From positions 6,462-70,461 of the forward strand of contig JBGAOA010000007.1 of assembly GCA_044222065.1 (NCBI GenBank): DNA of 64,000 nucleotides, read 5' to 3'. Both the position numbers and the translations under genes were made by a program. Shown in pieces: positions 18,163-28,202 of this stretch. The notes under the pieces are model-generated. The model was not told the origin of the DNA and did not search any database. It saw only the letters and a program-made list of their open reading frames with translations. This stretch comes from Candidatus Eiseniibacteriota bacterium. GTDB lineage: Bacteria; Eisenbacteria; RBG-16-71-46. The number at the start of each line of letters is the position of its first letter. Position 1 is the first letter of the stretch.

Positions 18163-20067
18163 CTAGAGGACGTCCTTGAGCGTGATCTCGATCGTCGTGG
18201 GCGCGTCGTCGAGGCGCCGGTACGTGATGCGGTGCACGGACCCGACGTCGCCCTCTTCGAGCAGCCGGTCCACCTCGGCGCGCGTCCACTGGTCGAGCGG
18301 GCGGTCGTCGATCGCGACGATCTCGTCGTACCAGCGCAGGCCCGCGTCGTAGGCCGCCGAGCCGCTCAGGATGTTGCCAGCGTAGACCTTCGCGCCGACG
18401 CGCGCGAGCAGGGCGCCGAAGCGCGACACGCGCTCCTCGCGGCCGAAGCGCGCGCCGGGTTCGAGGTACAGCGTCCGGCGCGGGTAGTCGAACGTGCAGC
18501 GGAACTTCTCGAGCACCGTGCTGCCGATGTTCCCCGCGAAGTCCTCGCTGCCGATCATTCCCGAGCGGTGCAGCGCGAGCGCCGCGACCTGATGCGACCA
18601 GCGGTACGGTCCGAGCTGCACGCTGTCGAGACGACAGAGCGTCGAGACGAAGCCGCCGCCGATGCCGCCGCCCATCACCTCGACCTCGCGTCGCGGGCCG
18701 TGGTTGCGGATCATCTCGCACGACCGCACGAGCGAGCCGTGCACGGTGAAGTGGAACGCGTTGCCGACGTCCACGATGAACTTGCCCGAGCAGCCGTTGT
18801 CGAGCGACATCTCGACGACCGGGATGCCGCCGTGGATCTCGAACGGCAGGGCCGCGCCGTTGCCCGCGTAGTGGAACGTCTCGGGGTCGTAGAGCGTGAC
18901 GCGCGACGAGTCGTAGTCGATCTCGACGACGAAGTGGCTCAGGAAGTCGGCGCCGAGCAGGCCGACGGCGTTCCGCCACAGGACGACCTTGTTGCCCTTC
19001 GCGAGCGAGACGAGCGCCGCGCGGAAGTCCTTCAGCGTGGCCGACTGCCCCTTCGCGCCGGTGAGCGCGATGGACTTCACGCTCGCGAACTTCATCCCGC
19101 CCGTGGACGCGATGCCCTGAACGGTCGCCGAGCCCTCGCCGACGAGGCCGACCCGGTCGGCGAACTCGGGATCGATCGCCGTGAGGCTCGCGCCGGTGTC
19201 GAGGATGAAGTCGGCCGGCTCGGAACCGTTGATCGAGACCTTCACGAGGACGGACTTCGAGTCGTACTGGAACGGCACGCGCAGCAGGCTCTGCGATTTC
19301 TTCCACGCGATCTGCCGGCTCTCGACGACCGGCATCGAGAACACGGCCGAATCGAGCGCGGGGTTCGTCCAGACGGAGTCCACGATCATGCGCTCGATCG
19401 GCTTGTCGGTCGGCAGGAACGTCGGCGCCGCGAACACGGTCGGACGCTTGCGGCCCGCGAGCAGCTTGTACTCGCTCGGCCGCTCCTCGACCGCGTACTG
19501 GTCGCTCTCGCCGACCACGCGTTCGATGAACCCGGTCTTCACGTTCACGAACATGCGGCGCGGCTTGCCGGTCGGCGGCGTGACCTCGAAGACCTCGTAG
19601 ATCGCCTTCGCGCCGAACACCTGGCTGCGCGGCAGGATCTTGCCGCCGCCCTGGTCGAGCCGCGACCAGCGCTCGTTCAGGAACCAGCCTTCCTCGCGCG
19701 CGTCGCGCGCCGCGATCTGCGACAGCGCCGTCGGGTTCCTGCCCGACAGGTCGGTGCGCCAGGCGGTCGTGCCGTCGAATCCGGTGCGGAACTGGAGCGG
19801 GCCGAGCGAGATCGATCGCATCCACCGGTCGGGCGCGGCGGTCCACAGCTCCCACGTGCCGTCGAGCCCGTTGGCCTCGATGCGGCCGCGCACGTGCAGC
19901 GACTGCTCGGCCTCGATCGCGGCGCTTCCCCCGGTCGCGTCCACGTAGCGCTGCACGGCCGCGGCGGCGTCGGGGTGGAGTTCGGCGCGCGCGCCCGCGG
20001 GTGGGAGCGCGAACAGGACGAGCGACGCGGAAACGGCGAGCGGGAGCGGAACGCGGTTCGGATGCAT
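18163..20067 (-). CDS. Secreted protein with tandem retropepsin-like aspartyl-protease domains and a C-terminal PDZ domain
   Basis: Signal peptide MHPNRVPLPLAVSASLVLFALPPAGARA. Two catalytic-type motifs, FILDTGASLTAID and FIVDVGNAFHF. The C-terminal ~90 aa (KVYAGNILSGSAAYDAGLRWYDEIVAIDD...) is PDZ-like. Confidence 0.68.
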   Translation of the reverse strand: MHPNRVPLPLAVSASLVLFALPPAGARAELHPDAAAAVQRYVDATGGSAAIEAEQSLHVRGRIEANGLDGTWELWTAAPDRWMRSISLGPLQFRTGFDGTTAWRTDLSGRNPTALSQIAARDAREEGWFLNERWSRLDQGGGKILPRSQVFGAKAIYEVFEVTPPTGKPRRMFVNVKTGFIERVVGESDQYAVEERPSEYKLLAGRKRPTVFAAPTFLPTDKPIERMIVDSVWTNPALDSAVFSMPVVESRQIAWKKSQSLLRVPFQYDSKSVLVKVSINGSEPADFILDTGASLTAIDPEFADRVGLVGEGSATVQGIASTGGMKFASVKSIALTGAKGQSATLKDFRAALVSLAKGNKVVLWRNAVGLLGADFLSHFVVEIDYDSSRVTLYDPETFHYAGNGAALPFEIHGGIPVVEMSLDNGCSGKFIVDVGNAFHFTVHGSLVRSCEMIRNHGPRREVEVMGGGIGGGFVSTLCRLDSVQLGPYRWSHQVAALALHRSGMIGSEDFAGNIGSTVLEKFRCTFDYPRRTLYLEPGARFGREERVSRFGALLARVGAKVYAGNILSGSAAYDAGLRWYDEIVAIDDRPLDQWTRAEVDRLLEEGDVGSVHRITYRRLDDAPTTIEITLKDVL

Positions 20068-20166
20068 GCCGGCCTCGAGCGGGAACGTGGGGTGGAGGAT
20101 CCTCGTCGTTATCGGCCCCGGGACGGGGCGCTTGAGCCCTGCCGGGGAGCCGCTAGGATGCGCCCC

Positions 20167-21024
20167 ATGAGCATGATCGAGTTCGTTCCAGCGTCACGTT
20201 TCGAGCCCGTCCGCCTCGCGGAGCTGTTCACGCGCGGCTACGAGGGCTACTACGTCCCGATGACGCTGACGGCGGAGGCGTACGCGGACATGGTGCGCTG
20301 GTTCGACCTCGACCTCGAGGCCTCGCGCGTGGCGCTCGCGGGCGGCGTGCCGGTCGGGATCGTGCAGCTCGGCGTGCGCGGGTCGCGCGGGTGGATCGGA
20401 GGCATGGGCGTGGTGCCCGAGGCTCGCGGCCGCGGGCTCGGCCGCGCGCTCATGGACGAGGCCGAACGCTCGGCGCGCGCGCTCGGCCTGCGCACCGTGG
20501 ACCTCGAAGTGCTGGTCCAGAACGTCCAGGCGATTCCGATCTACGAGGCGTGCGGCTACCGGCACACGCGCCGTCTGCTCGTGCTCGAGCGTGCGCCCGC
20601 GCCGCTCGCCGCGGAGGCCGCGGCGGAACGCCCCGCGCTCGACGAGGTGTTCGAGCGCTGGGACGCGCTGCACGCCGTGCCCGCTCCGTGGCAGCGCGGG
20701 CGCGAGACGGTCGAGCGGTTGCGCGACGTGCTCGAGGCGTTCGGCGTGCGCGAGCGCGGGCGGCTTGTCGCGAGCGTGCTCGTCGCGCGACGGCCCGCGC
20801 GCTCGAACGTGATCGCGCTCGGCTTCGAGGCCGGCGCGGATCCCGGGGCGCTCGATCGCGCGATCGCGGCCGCGGTCGCCGCGCACGCGGACCGGCCCCA
20901 GATGCTGCTCAACCTGCCCGCCGGGCAGGCGGGCGAGGCGGCGCTGCGCCGCGCCGGCTTCGAGTCGCACCTCGAGCAGTTCGAGATGGAACTCGCCCTC
21001 GGACCTGCGCCCCGCGTGCGCTAG
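20167..21024 (+). CDS. GNAT family N-acetyltransferase
   Basis: Acetyl-CoA-binding segment GMGVVPEARGRGLGRALM, with the Q/RxxGxG/A motif. The start was set at the ATG at 20167 within a longer artefactual ORF. Confidence 0.72.
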   Translation: MSMIEFVPASRFEPVRLAELFTRGYEGYYVPMTLTAEAYADMVRWFDLDLEASRVALAGGVPVGIVQLGVRGSRGWIGGMGVVPEARGRGLGRALMDEAERSARALGLRTVDLEVLVQNVQAIPIYEACGYRHTRRLLVLERAPAPLAAEAAAERPALDEVFERWDALHAVPAPWQRGRETVERLRDVLEAFGVRERGRLVASVLVARRPARSNVIALGFEAGADPGALDRAIAAAVAAHADRPQMLLNLPAGQAGEAALRRAGFESHLEQFEMELALGPAPRVR

Positions 21025-21068
21025 TCTCCGCGCGCCTGACGACCCGACCCGAACCGAGGAGCGAGACG

Positions 21069-21926
21069 ATGCGTTGGAGGAACGAGCGGCGGAGCGACAA
21101 CGTCGAGGACCGGCGCGGCGCGGGCGTGCCGCGCGGTGCGGCGCTCGGTGGCGGCGGCGTGCTGATCGCGCTCGTGCTGGCGCTGGTGTTCGGCGCGGAC
21201 CCGCGCCAGATCCTGTCCCAGCTCGAGGGCACGACGGCGCTGTCCGTGCCCGAACGAGGCGCAACCGCGCCGGGCGCCGCCGACGACGAAATGAAGCAGT
21301 TCGTCTCGGTCGTGCTCGCCGAGACCGAGGACGTGTGGCGCCGCAAGTTCGCCGAGATGGGGGAGACGTACCGCGAGCCGACGCTCGTGCTGTTCACGGG
21401 CCAGGTCGAGTCCGCGTGCGGGAACGCGAGCGCCGCGGTCGGGCCGTTCTACTGCCCGGGCGACGAGAAGCTGTACGTGGACCTGTCGTTCTACGATCTG
21501 CTGCGCGAGCGGCTCGGCGCTCCGGGCGACTTCGCGCAGGCCTACGTCATCGCCCACGAGGTCGGGCACCACGTGCAGAACCTGATGGGGATCACGGACA
21601 AGGTGCACCGCATGCGCGGGCGGCTGAGCGAGGCGGAGTACAACCAGCTGTCGGTGAGGCTCGAGCTGCAGGCCGACTACTTCGCCGGCGTGTGGGCGCA
21701 CGACGCCGACCAGGCGCGGCAGCTGCTCGAGGCGGGCGACCTGGAAGAGGCGCTGAACGCCGCGTCCCAGATCGGCGACGATCGGCTGCAGCGCCGCTCG
21801 CAGGGCTACGTCGTTCCGGACGCGTTCACGCACGGCACGTCGGAGCAGCGCGTGCGCTGGTTCCGCAAGGGCTACGAGAGCGGCGACGTCGCCGGCGGCG
21901 ACACGTTCAACGCGGAGGCGCTGTAG
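21069..21926 (+). CDS. ypfJ: YpfJ-family putative neutral zinc metallopeptidase
   Basis: N-terminal TM segment, HExxH as AHEVGHHVQN, and the ELQADYFAG motif typical of the family. GAGGAG RBS. Confidence 0.78.
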   Translation: MRWRNERRSDNVEDRRGAGVPRGAALGGGGVLIALVLALVFGADPRQILSQLEGTTALSVPERGATAPGAADDEMKQFVSVVLAETEDVWRRKFAEMGETYREPTLVLFTGQVESACGNASAAVGPFYCPGDEKLYVDLSFYDLLRERLGAPGDFAQAYVIAHEVGHHVQNLMGITDKVHRMRGRLSEAEYNQLSVRLELQADYFAGVWAHDADQARQLLEAGDLEEALNAASQIGDDRLQRRSQGYVVPDAFTHGTSEQRVRWFRKGYESGDVAGGDTFNAEAL

Positions 21927-21954
21927 GGCGCGAACGGGCCGCGCGGCGACGGAC

Positions 21955-22944
21955 TCACCACTCGATCGCCGCGGCCGCCCACGAGAAGCCGGCGCCGAAG
22001 GCGGCGAGCACGACGAGGTCGCCAGGGCGCACGAGGCCGTCCTCTCGCGCCTCGGTGAGCGCGATCGGAATGCTCGCGGCGGTCGTGTTCCCGTAGCGTC
22101 CGATGTTCTGGAACACGCGCTCGGGAGGGAGCCCGAGGCGCTCGGCGACGGCGTCGCCGATGCGCCGGTTCGCCTGGTGCGGCACCACGAGCGCGACGTC
22201 GGCGAGCTTCCGCCCGGCGCGCTCGAGCACCTCGTGGATCACTTCGGGAAACCGCGTCGTCGCGTGCTTGAACACCTGGCGGCCGTTCATCGCGGGGAAG
22301 TGTCGCCCCTGCTCGATCATCTCGTGCGTGATGCGGCCCGGCACCGCGGAGCTCGGCGCCTCGCACCACAGCTCGCGCGCGTACGCGCCCTCGCTGTGGA
22401 GCGTCCACGCGAGGATGCCGCCCGATTCGGCGGGCTCGACGACCGCCGCGCCTGCGCCGTCGCCGAACAGCACCGCCATGTCGCGGCCGGCGGTCGTCAG
22501 GTTGAGGCCGGTGCTCTGCACCTCGGTGCCGACGACGAGCGCGCAGCGGTAGCGTCCGACGCCGACGAAGGCGTCCGCGACCGAGAGGCCGTACACGAAA
22601 CCGCTGCACGCGTTGCGCAGGTCGAGCGCGGGCACGGTGCCGAGGCCGAGCTTGTCGGCGATCAGCACGCCCGATCCCGGGAACATGTACTCGGACGTCG
22701 TGGTCGCGCAGATCACGACATCCACGTCGGCGGCCGTGCGGCCGGCGTCAGCGAGCGCCCGGGCCGCCGCTTCGGCGCCGAGATCGGCCGCGCCCGTCGG
22801 CGAGTCCACGAAGTGGCGCTCGTGGATGCCCGTGCGCTCGACGATCCACGCGTCGTTCGTGTCCATGAGGCGCTCGAGGTCGTGGTTCGTCACGACTCGC
22901 GGCGGAACGTGGAAGCCGATTCCCGTGATGCGCGAGCGACCCAT
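21955..22944 (-). CDS. fabH: 3-oxoacyl-[acyl-carrier-protein] synthase III
   Basis: GGAGG RBS before the ATG at 22944. Active-site Cys in LDLRNACSGFVYG. His/Asn motifs HQANRRI and GNTTAAS. 329 aa. Confidence 0.9.
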   Translation of the reverse strand: MGRSRITGIGFHVPPRVVTNHDLERLMDTNDAWIVERTGIHERHFVDSPTGAADLGAEAAARALADAGRTAADVDVVICATTTSEYMFPGSGVLIADKLGLGTVPALDLRNACSGFVYGLSVADAFVGVGRYRCALVVGTEVQSTGLNLTTAGRDMAVLFGDGAGAAVVEPAESGGILAWTLHSEGAYARELWCEAPSSAVPGRITHEMIEQGRHFPAMNGRQVFKHATTRFPEVIHEVLERAGRKLADVALVVPHQANRRIGDAVAERLGLPPERVFQNIGRYGNTTAASIPIALTEAREDGLVRPGDLVVLAAFGAGFSWAAAAIEW

Positions 22945-22967
22945 CGATTCCTCCCGGCGACCGGCGC

Positions 22968-23750
22968 CTAGCGGCCCGTCAGCATTCGGAGATACGCGTC
23001 GATCCAGCCGTCGCCCCACAGCAGCGCGATCATCGCGGCCGGCGCGAGGAACGTCCCGAACGGAATTTCGGTCGTGCCGCCCGTGCCTCGACGGCGCATG
23101 ACGACGAGACCATAGGCCGCGCCGCCGAGGGCGGCGAGGAAGATCGTGAAGAGCGAGAGCCGCCATCCGAGCACGGCGCCGAACATGGCCGCGAGCTTCA
23201 CGTCGCCGAATCCCATGCCTTCGATCTTCCGCACCCGGATCCACAGCTCGGCGAGGCCCCACAGGAGACCTGCGCCCGCGACGATCCCGAACAGCGCGTG
23301 GCGAGCGCCGCCCGGCCAGGTCAGCGCCGCGGCGAGCCCGATCAGCGTGCCGGGGAACGTCAGCACGTCGGGGAGGAGCTGCACGTCGAGGTCGATCCAG
23401 AAGAGCGCGACGAGCAGGAATCCCCAGAGCGCGAGGAACGGCGTGTCCCACCCGAGCGGGCGCAGCGTGACGAGCGCGAGCGCCCACGCGCCGCACCACA
23501 GCTCGGTGAGCGGGTAGCGCGGCGAGACGCGCGCGCCGCAATGGCGGCAACGTCCGAGCGCGAGCGCCCACGACAGCACCGGCACGAGATCGCGGGGCCC
23601 GAGCACGTGGCCGCACGAAGTGCACGCCGATCGGCCGCGCACCCACGACACGCCGCGCGGCACCCGGTGCGCGAGCGCCGTCACGGCGCTCCCCATGACG
23701 AACCCGAGGACCGTGACGAGGACCGGGAGCGAGGCGGCGAGGAGCGTCAC
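22968..23750 (-). CDS. pilD: Prepilin peptidase (A24 family) with an N-terminal zinc-finger domain
   Basis: CTSCGH...CRHCG tetra-Cys segment. Multi-TM protein with catalytic-Asp regions FWIDLDVQLLPD and GMGFGDVKL. Confidence 0.85.
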   Translation of the reverse strand: MTLLAASLPVLVTVLGFVMGSAVTALAHRVPRGVSWVRGRSACTSCGHVLGPRDLVPVLSWALALGRCRHCGARVSPRYPLTELWCGAWALALVTLRPLGWDTPFLALWGFLLVALFWIDLDVQLLPDVLTFPGTLIGLAAALTWPGGARHALFGIVAGAGLLWGLAELWIRVRKIEGMGFGDVKLAAMFGAVLGWRLSLFTIFLAALGGAAYGLVVMRRRGTGGTTEIPFGTFLAPAAMIALLWGDGWIDAYLRMLTGR

Positions 23751-23861
23751 GATTCCGCTCCGGACGGCGCCCGCCGCGGACGATCATTGCTCCGACGGAA
23801 CGCGTCTGCGAAACTTCCCGCGCCGTTCATCCTCGAGTCACCGGCTGGAGCCCGCCCGTCC

Positions 23862-24179
23862 GTGCGCATCCTGTTCTTCCTCGCTCTCATCGCCAACAGC
23901 TTCGATCTGGTCGCGACCGCGCTCGGCATCCACTGGTTCGGCAACCGCGAGGGCAATCCGCTGCTCGCCGGCATCGCCCACGAACACTGGATCGCGTTCG
24001 TGCTGTTGAAGGGGCTGCTGATTCCGCTCCTGATCGTGCGCCTCTACCGCTTCCGCGCCCGCACTCCGATGCTCGCCGGCGCGGGCCTCGCGCTCGTCAC
24101 CGTCGCGCTCACCGTCGCCGTCGGCCAGTGGATCGGCTGGATGGCGGGCGTCGTGACCGTGACGACCACGCGCGGCTGA
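23862..24179 (+). CDS. Hypothetical small membrane protein (DUF5658-like)
   Basis: GTG at 23862. Three hydrophobic segments. Weak family resemblance only. Confidence 0.4.
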   Translation: MRILFFLALIANSFDLVATALGIHWFGNREGNPLLAGIAHEHWIAFVLLKGLLIPLLIVRLYRFRARTPMLAGAGLALVTVALTVAVGQWIGWMAGVVTVTTTRG

Positions 24180-24224
24180 ACGGACCGCGGCCCGCGCCGC
24201 GCTCCGTCCGCTCGCGCGGGACCG

Positions 24225-25523
24225 TTACTGCTGATCGGGCAGGATACGCGGCGTGATCTCGATCACCAGGTCCGTCTTCTTGGTCTGGATGGACTGGTGC
24301 TGGAACAGATAGCCGAGCCCGGGGATCGAGCCGAGGATCGGGACCTTCGAGACCGTGGACGTCTTCTCCTCGGTGAGTAGCCCGCCGATGATCACGGAGT
24401 TCCCGTCCTTGAGCCGCACCGTCGTCGTGGCCTGGCGCGTCGCGACGATCGGCAGGTCCGCGTTCGGACCCTTGAAGCCGGTCACCGAGCTGACCTCCGG
24501 CGTGATCGTCGTCGTGATGTAGCCGTCGGCGTTGATGAGCGGCGTGATCTTGAGCTTCACGCCGACTTCTTCCTTCTCGATGCGCTGCGTCGGCGCCGCG
24601 GCGCCGCCGGCGAAGACGGTCCCGCTCACGACGTAGGGAATGCGCGAGCCGATCAGCATGCTCGCTTCGTGACCGTTCAGCGTCGCGAGTTTCGGATTCG
24701 CGAGCACACGCGCGTTGCCGTCGCGGACCAGCAGGTCCACGGCGGCCCGGAACGTCTTGCCGACGCGGCTGAAGTTCTTGAGCTGCCAGACGTCGTGCGT
24801 GCCCGGCGTGTTCGGGAACACGTTGATGCCGCTGAACGTCGTGTTCTCGTTCTCGCCGCTGCTGCCGGTGAGCGAGTCGTAGTTTCCTTCGACGAACACG
24901 AAGCCCTGGCGCGTGAGCATGTCCCAGTCGATGCCGAGCCTCTTCACGTCGTCCGTGGACACCTCGACGACGCGCGCCTCGAGCATCACCTGCTTCGCCG
25001 GCACGTCCATGCGCGTCACGATCGTCGTGATCTCGGACAGCACGCGCGGACTCGTGACGACGATGAGCCGGTTCCCGCCCTTGTCCACCGTGACGTCGGC
25101 CTTGAGGCTCGCGAGCGCGTTCTTCACCTCGTTCGCGTCGGCGTAGCGCAGGTCCACGACGTACGACGACAATCCCGTCTCGTCCTTGAGCGCCGCCTTG
25201 TCGGCGACGAGGATCGAATTCCCGATGCGCTCGTAGGCGAGGCCCGCCGCGCGCACGACGAGGTTCACGGCCTGGTCGATCGGCACGTCCCTCATGTGGA
25301 TCGTGATCCGGTCGTTCGTGACGCCGGGGCCGGTGATGATGTTGAGCCCGCCCTTCTCGGCGAGGATCTTCAGCACGCCCGGGAGTGCGGCGTCCTCGGC
25401 GTCGAGCGAGACCTTGGGGCCGTCCGTGGCCTGGGCCGTGAGGCCCGGAGCGAAGGCCGCGAGCGCGAACAGCGCGAGCACGGCGCCGAGCGCGAGCGCT
25501 CGTGGAGCGCGGGCGAGCATCAT
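24225..25523 (-). CDS. pilQ: Type IV pilus secretin PilQ
   Basis: Signal peptide, N0/N1-like domains, and a C-terminal secretin domain (VPILGSIPGLGYLFQHQS...). GGAGA RBS. ATGA overlap with the upstream gene. Confidence 0.85.
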   Translation of the reverse strand: MMLARAPRALALGAVLALFALAAFAPGLTAQATDGPKVSLDAEDAALPGVLKILAEKGGLNIITGPGVTNDRITIHMRDVPIDQAVNLVVRAAGLAYERIGNSILVADKAALKDETGLSSYVVDLRYADANEVKNALASLKADVTVDKGGNRLIVVTSPRVLSEITTIVTRMDVPAKQVMLEARVVEVSTDDVKRLGIDWDMLTRQGFVFVEGNYDSLTGSSGENENTTFSGINVFPNTPGTHDVWQLKNFSRVGKTFRAAVDLLVRDGNARVLANPKLATLNGHEASMLIGSRIPYVVSGTVFAGGAAAPTQRIEKEEVGVKLKITPLINADGYITTTITPEVSSVTGFKGPNADLPIVATRQATTTVRLKDGNSVIIGGLLTEEKTSTVSKVPILGSIPGLGYLFQHQSIQTKKTDLVIEITPRILPDQQ

Positions 25524-26053
25524 GGAGTGGTGTCTCCTTTCAAGGGCAGCCGCAGGACGATCTGCTCGCCGCCGCGATCGAGCACGACCTGCTCGCGGGT
25601 GATGCTGACGACTCGGAAATCCGAAAACAGCGTGTTCTCGCGCACCGACCAGTCGCGTCCGCCCCAGCGCACGGTCGCGCGCGGATCGGCGTCCCACACG
25701 ATCGAGGTGAGCAGCGGACGCGGCTTCTCGACGGGCGGCGCCGGAACGCGCGGCCGCGCCGGACCGGGCGCGGGATCGGGCGTTGCGATCGCGACGCCCG
25801 CGAACGGATCGCGGACGGGCGGCGTCACGGACGAACCGCGCGCGAGCAGCAGCGTCAGGCGCGAGTAGGGGTCCACGTGCGGCGCGCCGCGCGTCTGAGC
25901 GCGCTGCCAGGCGCCCGACTGACGGAGCGCCGTGGTCGTGACGTTCAGCACGAGCACGAGCGTGAGGAGCCCGAGGACGGGCGGCAGGAGCTGCGCGGGC
26001 GAGAGCTTCACGGACGTTCCGCCGGACGTTGCAGGACGAGGCGCTTCATCCAC
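25520..26053 (-). CDS. pilP: Putative pilus assembly protein in the PilP position
   Basis: Single N-terminal TM segment (LLPPVLGLLTLVLVL) and a Pro-rich region. Lies between pilO and pilQ. The assignment rests mainly on position. Confidence 0.5.
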   Translation of the reverse strand: MDEAPRPATSGGTSVKLSPAQLLPPVLGLLTLVLVLNVTTTALRQSGAWQRAQTRGAPHVDPYSRLTLLLARGSSVTPPVRDPFAGVAIATPDPAPGPARPRVPAPPVEKPRPLLTSIVWDADPRATVRWGGRDWSVRENTLFSDFRVVSITREQVVLDRGGEQIVLRLPLKGDTTP

Positions 26054-26571
26054 AGCTCGATCATCGGTTCGTCTCCGGCGCGCGTCAGGGTGAAGCGCTC
26101 GATCGCATCGAGCTTGCCCGAACGCTCGATGCCGTCGAGGAAGCGGACGAACTCGGGGTAGCCGCCGCGGAGCTTCAGGTGCGCGCGCAGCTCGATCGTG
26201 CGCTTGTTCGTCGTCACCGGCCCGGGTTCGGTGAGCATCACGCCCGAGCCGGCGCGCTGCGCGAGCGACGTGAGGTCTTCGAGCATTGTCACCGTGAGCT
26301 GGCCCGAGTTGCCCTTCTCGCTCGCCTCGCGGCCGGGCAGCGAGTTCAGCGTCACGAGCGAGAACACCGCTGGCGGCAGCGGAACCGTGGATCCGCCGCC
26401 ACCCGGGCTTTCGACGCCGCTGAACGGCTGGAGCGCCTTCTGGGCCGCCTCGTAACGCCGCACGGTCGGCAGGAACCAGAACGCGTGCAGTCCGAGCAGC
26501 ACGAGGCAGATCGCGACGCCGCCCGCGAGCTGCCAGTGGCGGCGGATCGTGGCGAGGAGGACGGGGTTCAT
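26008..26571 (-). CDS. pilO: Type IV pilus assembly protein PilO-like
   Basis: ATG at 26571 overlaps the pilN stop. Single TM (VAICLVLLGLHAFWFLP) followed by a periplasmic domain. Confidence 0.62.
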   Translation of the reverse strand: MNPVLLATIRRHWQLAGGVAICLVLLGLHAFWFLPTVRRYEAAQKALQPFSGVESPGGGGSTVPLPPAVFSLVTLNSLPGREASEKGNSGQLTVTMLEDLTSLAQRAGSGVMLTEPGPVTTNKRTIELRAHLKLRGGYPEFVRFLDGIERSGKLDAIERFTLTRAGDEPMIELWMKRLVLQRPAERP

Positions 26572-27143
26572 CGGCACTCGATCGTGAACTCGGCAGTCGG
26601 ATCCGAGGCGGCGCTCGAACTCGTCGAACCGAGCTGGATGTTGCGATAGCCGCGCGAGAACGCGGAATCCGAGTGCAGCGTCGAGACGAAGTTCATGACG
26701 CTTCGCATGCGCTCCTGCGCGTCGGCCGCGCGCAGCGTGCCGGTGATGATGAACGGCGGCGAGTCCACGCCCGTGACGTTCTGCGGATTCAAAGCGAGGG
26801 ACGAGACGCGTGCGGTCGGCGGCGTCAGGTCGGCGAGCCGCCCCATGCGCTCGCGCCAGCGCCGCGGATTCTCGACCGCCGACTCGATCTGGGCGATCTC
26901 CGCGGGCGTGAACGACCACGCGACGCGCTGCCCGGCTTCGACGCGCAGGCTCTTCGCCTGGCGCTCCATCGTCGCGACGCGGCGCGAGAACATGACGGCG
27001 TTCAATCCGTACAGGCCCAGCAGCAGCGCCATCACGCCGAAGTACGCGACCCACACGCCGAGCGCCACGACGCGGCGCCGCGCGCGCGCCTGCTCCTGTT
27101 CCCACGCTTCGCGGCGAAAGTTGATCGTGAACGTCGTGCTCAC
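26568..27143 (-). CDS. pilN: Type IV pilus assembly protein PilN-like
   Basis: GTG at 27143 overlaps the pilM stop. TM segment VVALGVWVAYFGVMALLLGLYGL. Fimbrial-assembly (PilN) topology. Confidence 0.68.
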   Translation of the reverse strand: MSTTFTINFRREAWEQEQARARRRVVALGVWVAYFGVMALLLGLYGLNAVMFSRRVATMERQAKSLRVEAGQRVAWSFTPAEIAQIESAVENPRRWRERMGRLADLTPPTARVSSLALNPQNVTGVDSPPFIITGTLRAADAQERMRSVMNFVSTLHSDSAFSRGYRNIQLGSTSSSAASDPTAEFTIECR

Positions 27144-28186
27144 ACGGACCTCAGCGCGAGGCCGTAGGCCTGCGCGAACTGCGGGCCCGTGCGCGCGCCC
27201 GCCGATTCGGCGTCGCGCTCGAGCGGGCTGAAGAGCAGCACGGGGAATCCGATCAGCTCCCCGAGCCGCGCCGCGAGTCCCGGAATGCGCGCCGTGCCGC
27301 CCGAGAGCCACAGCTTCATCGGATCCGGCAGACGCCCCATCGTGCGGTAGAACGCGAACGAGCGGCGCAGTTCCTCGACGAGATCGCGGCGCAGCGCATC
27401 GAGCATCGCCTGCATCTCGGGGGAGCCCCAGTCCACGCGGAAGCCCGGCTGGTCCGAGCCGGCGGCGAGCTTCCACTCGGCGGCCTCGTCGAGCGGGATG
27501 CGGGTCTCGCGCGCGATCGCGCGCGTGAGCGTCGCGCCGCCGAATTCGATGCGCCGGCCGAAGTACGGCTCGCCGCGCTGCCACAGCGTGAGGTGCGAGG
27601 ACTGGTGGCCGATGTCGAGCAGCAGCTGCGCCTCGCGCTCGGTCTCGCGTCCGTGCACGAGCGCGTTCGTCAGCGCGAGCGGCGCCGCGTCCACGATGTC
27701 GGCTTCGAGGCCGAGAGCCGTGAGCGGCGCCGAGCAGCGCGCGAGCCGCTCCTGCGAGACCGCGGCGAGCAGCACTTCGAGGCGCTTCTCGGACGGGTAG
27801 CGCGAGAGGATCTGGTAGTCCACGACCATGGAGCCGAGATCGAACGGCACGTGCTTGCGGGCTTCGAAGCGGAGCGCCGGACCGACCTCGTCGTCGGCGA
27901 GCAGCGGCAGCGTGATCTGCTTCACGAACACGTCCGGGCCCGAGAGGCCGAGCGTGAGGCCGCGAAGTCCGCGCGGCGACAGGCCGATCTGGCCGAACGC
28001 GTCGGCGACGAGGCGCACGACCGCATCCGTCGGCGGCGGCCCGTCACCGCTTTCGCCACCCGGCATCGAGACTTCGGCGAACAGCGGGCGCCCCGCGCCC
28101 ACGCCGACGGGCAACGCGACCAGTTTGATGGAGAACGTGCCGATGTCGAGCCCGACCCAGGGTCGGGAACGGATGCCAGACTGCAT
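27140..28186 (-). CDS. pilM: Type IV pilus assembly protein PilM (actin-like ATPase fold)
   Basis: VGLDIGTFSIKLVAL start motif. 348 aa. First gene of the pilMNOPQ block. Confidence 0.85.
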   Translation of the reverse strand: MQSGIRSRPWVGLDIGTFSIKLVALPVGVGAGRPLFAEVSMPGGESGDGPPPTDAVVRLVADAFGQIGLSPRGLRGLTLGLSGPDVFVKQITLPLLADDEVGPALRFEARKHVPFDLGSMVVDYQILSRYPSEKRLEVLLAAVSQERLARCSAPLTALGLEADIVDAAPLALTNALVHGRETEREAQLLLDIGHQSSHLTLWQRGEPYFGRRIEFGGATLTRAIARETRIPLDEAAEWKLAAGSDQPGFRVDWGSPEMQAMLDALRRDLVEELRRSFAFYRTMGRLPDPMKLWLSGGTARIPGLAARLGELIGFPVLLFSPLERDAESAGARTGPQFAQAYGLALRSV

Positions 28187-28202
28187 GTCGGGGAGTTTTA
28201 GC

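Noticed and set aside
18142-20166. Long plus-strand N-terminal extensions upstream of the GNAT, YpfJ, methyltransferase (57334..), PLD (10787..) and other plus-strand genes
   Set aside because: The upstream portions are antisense to well-supported genes and lack RBS. Starts were moved to internal ATG/GTG codons with Shine-Dalgarno sequences or stop-start overlaps.
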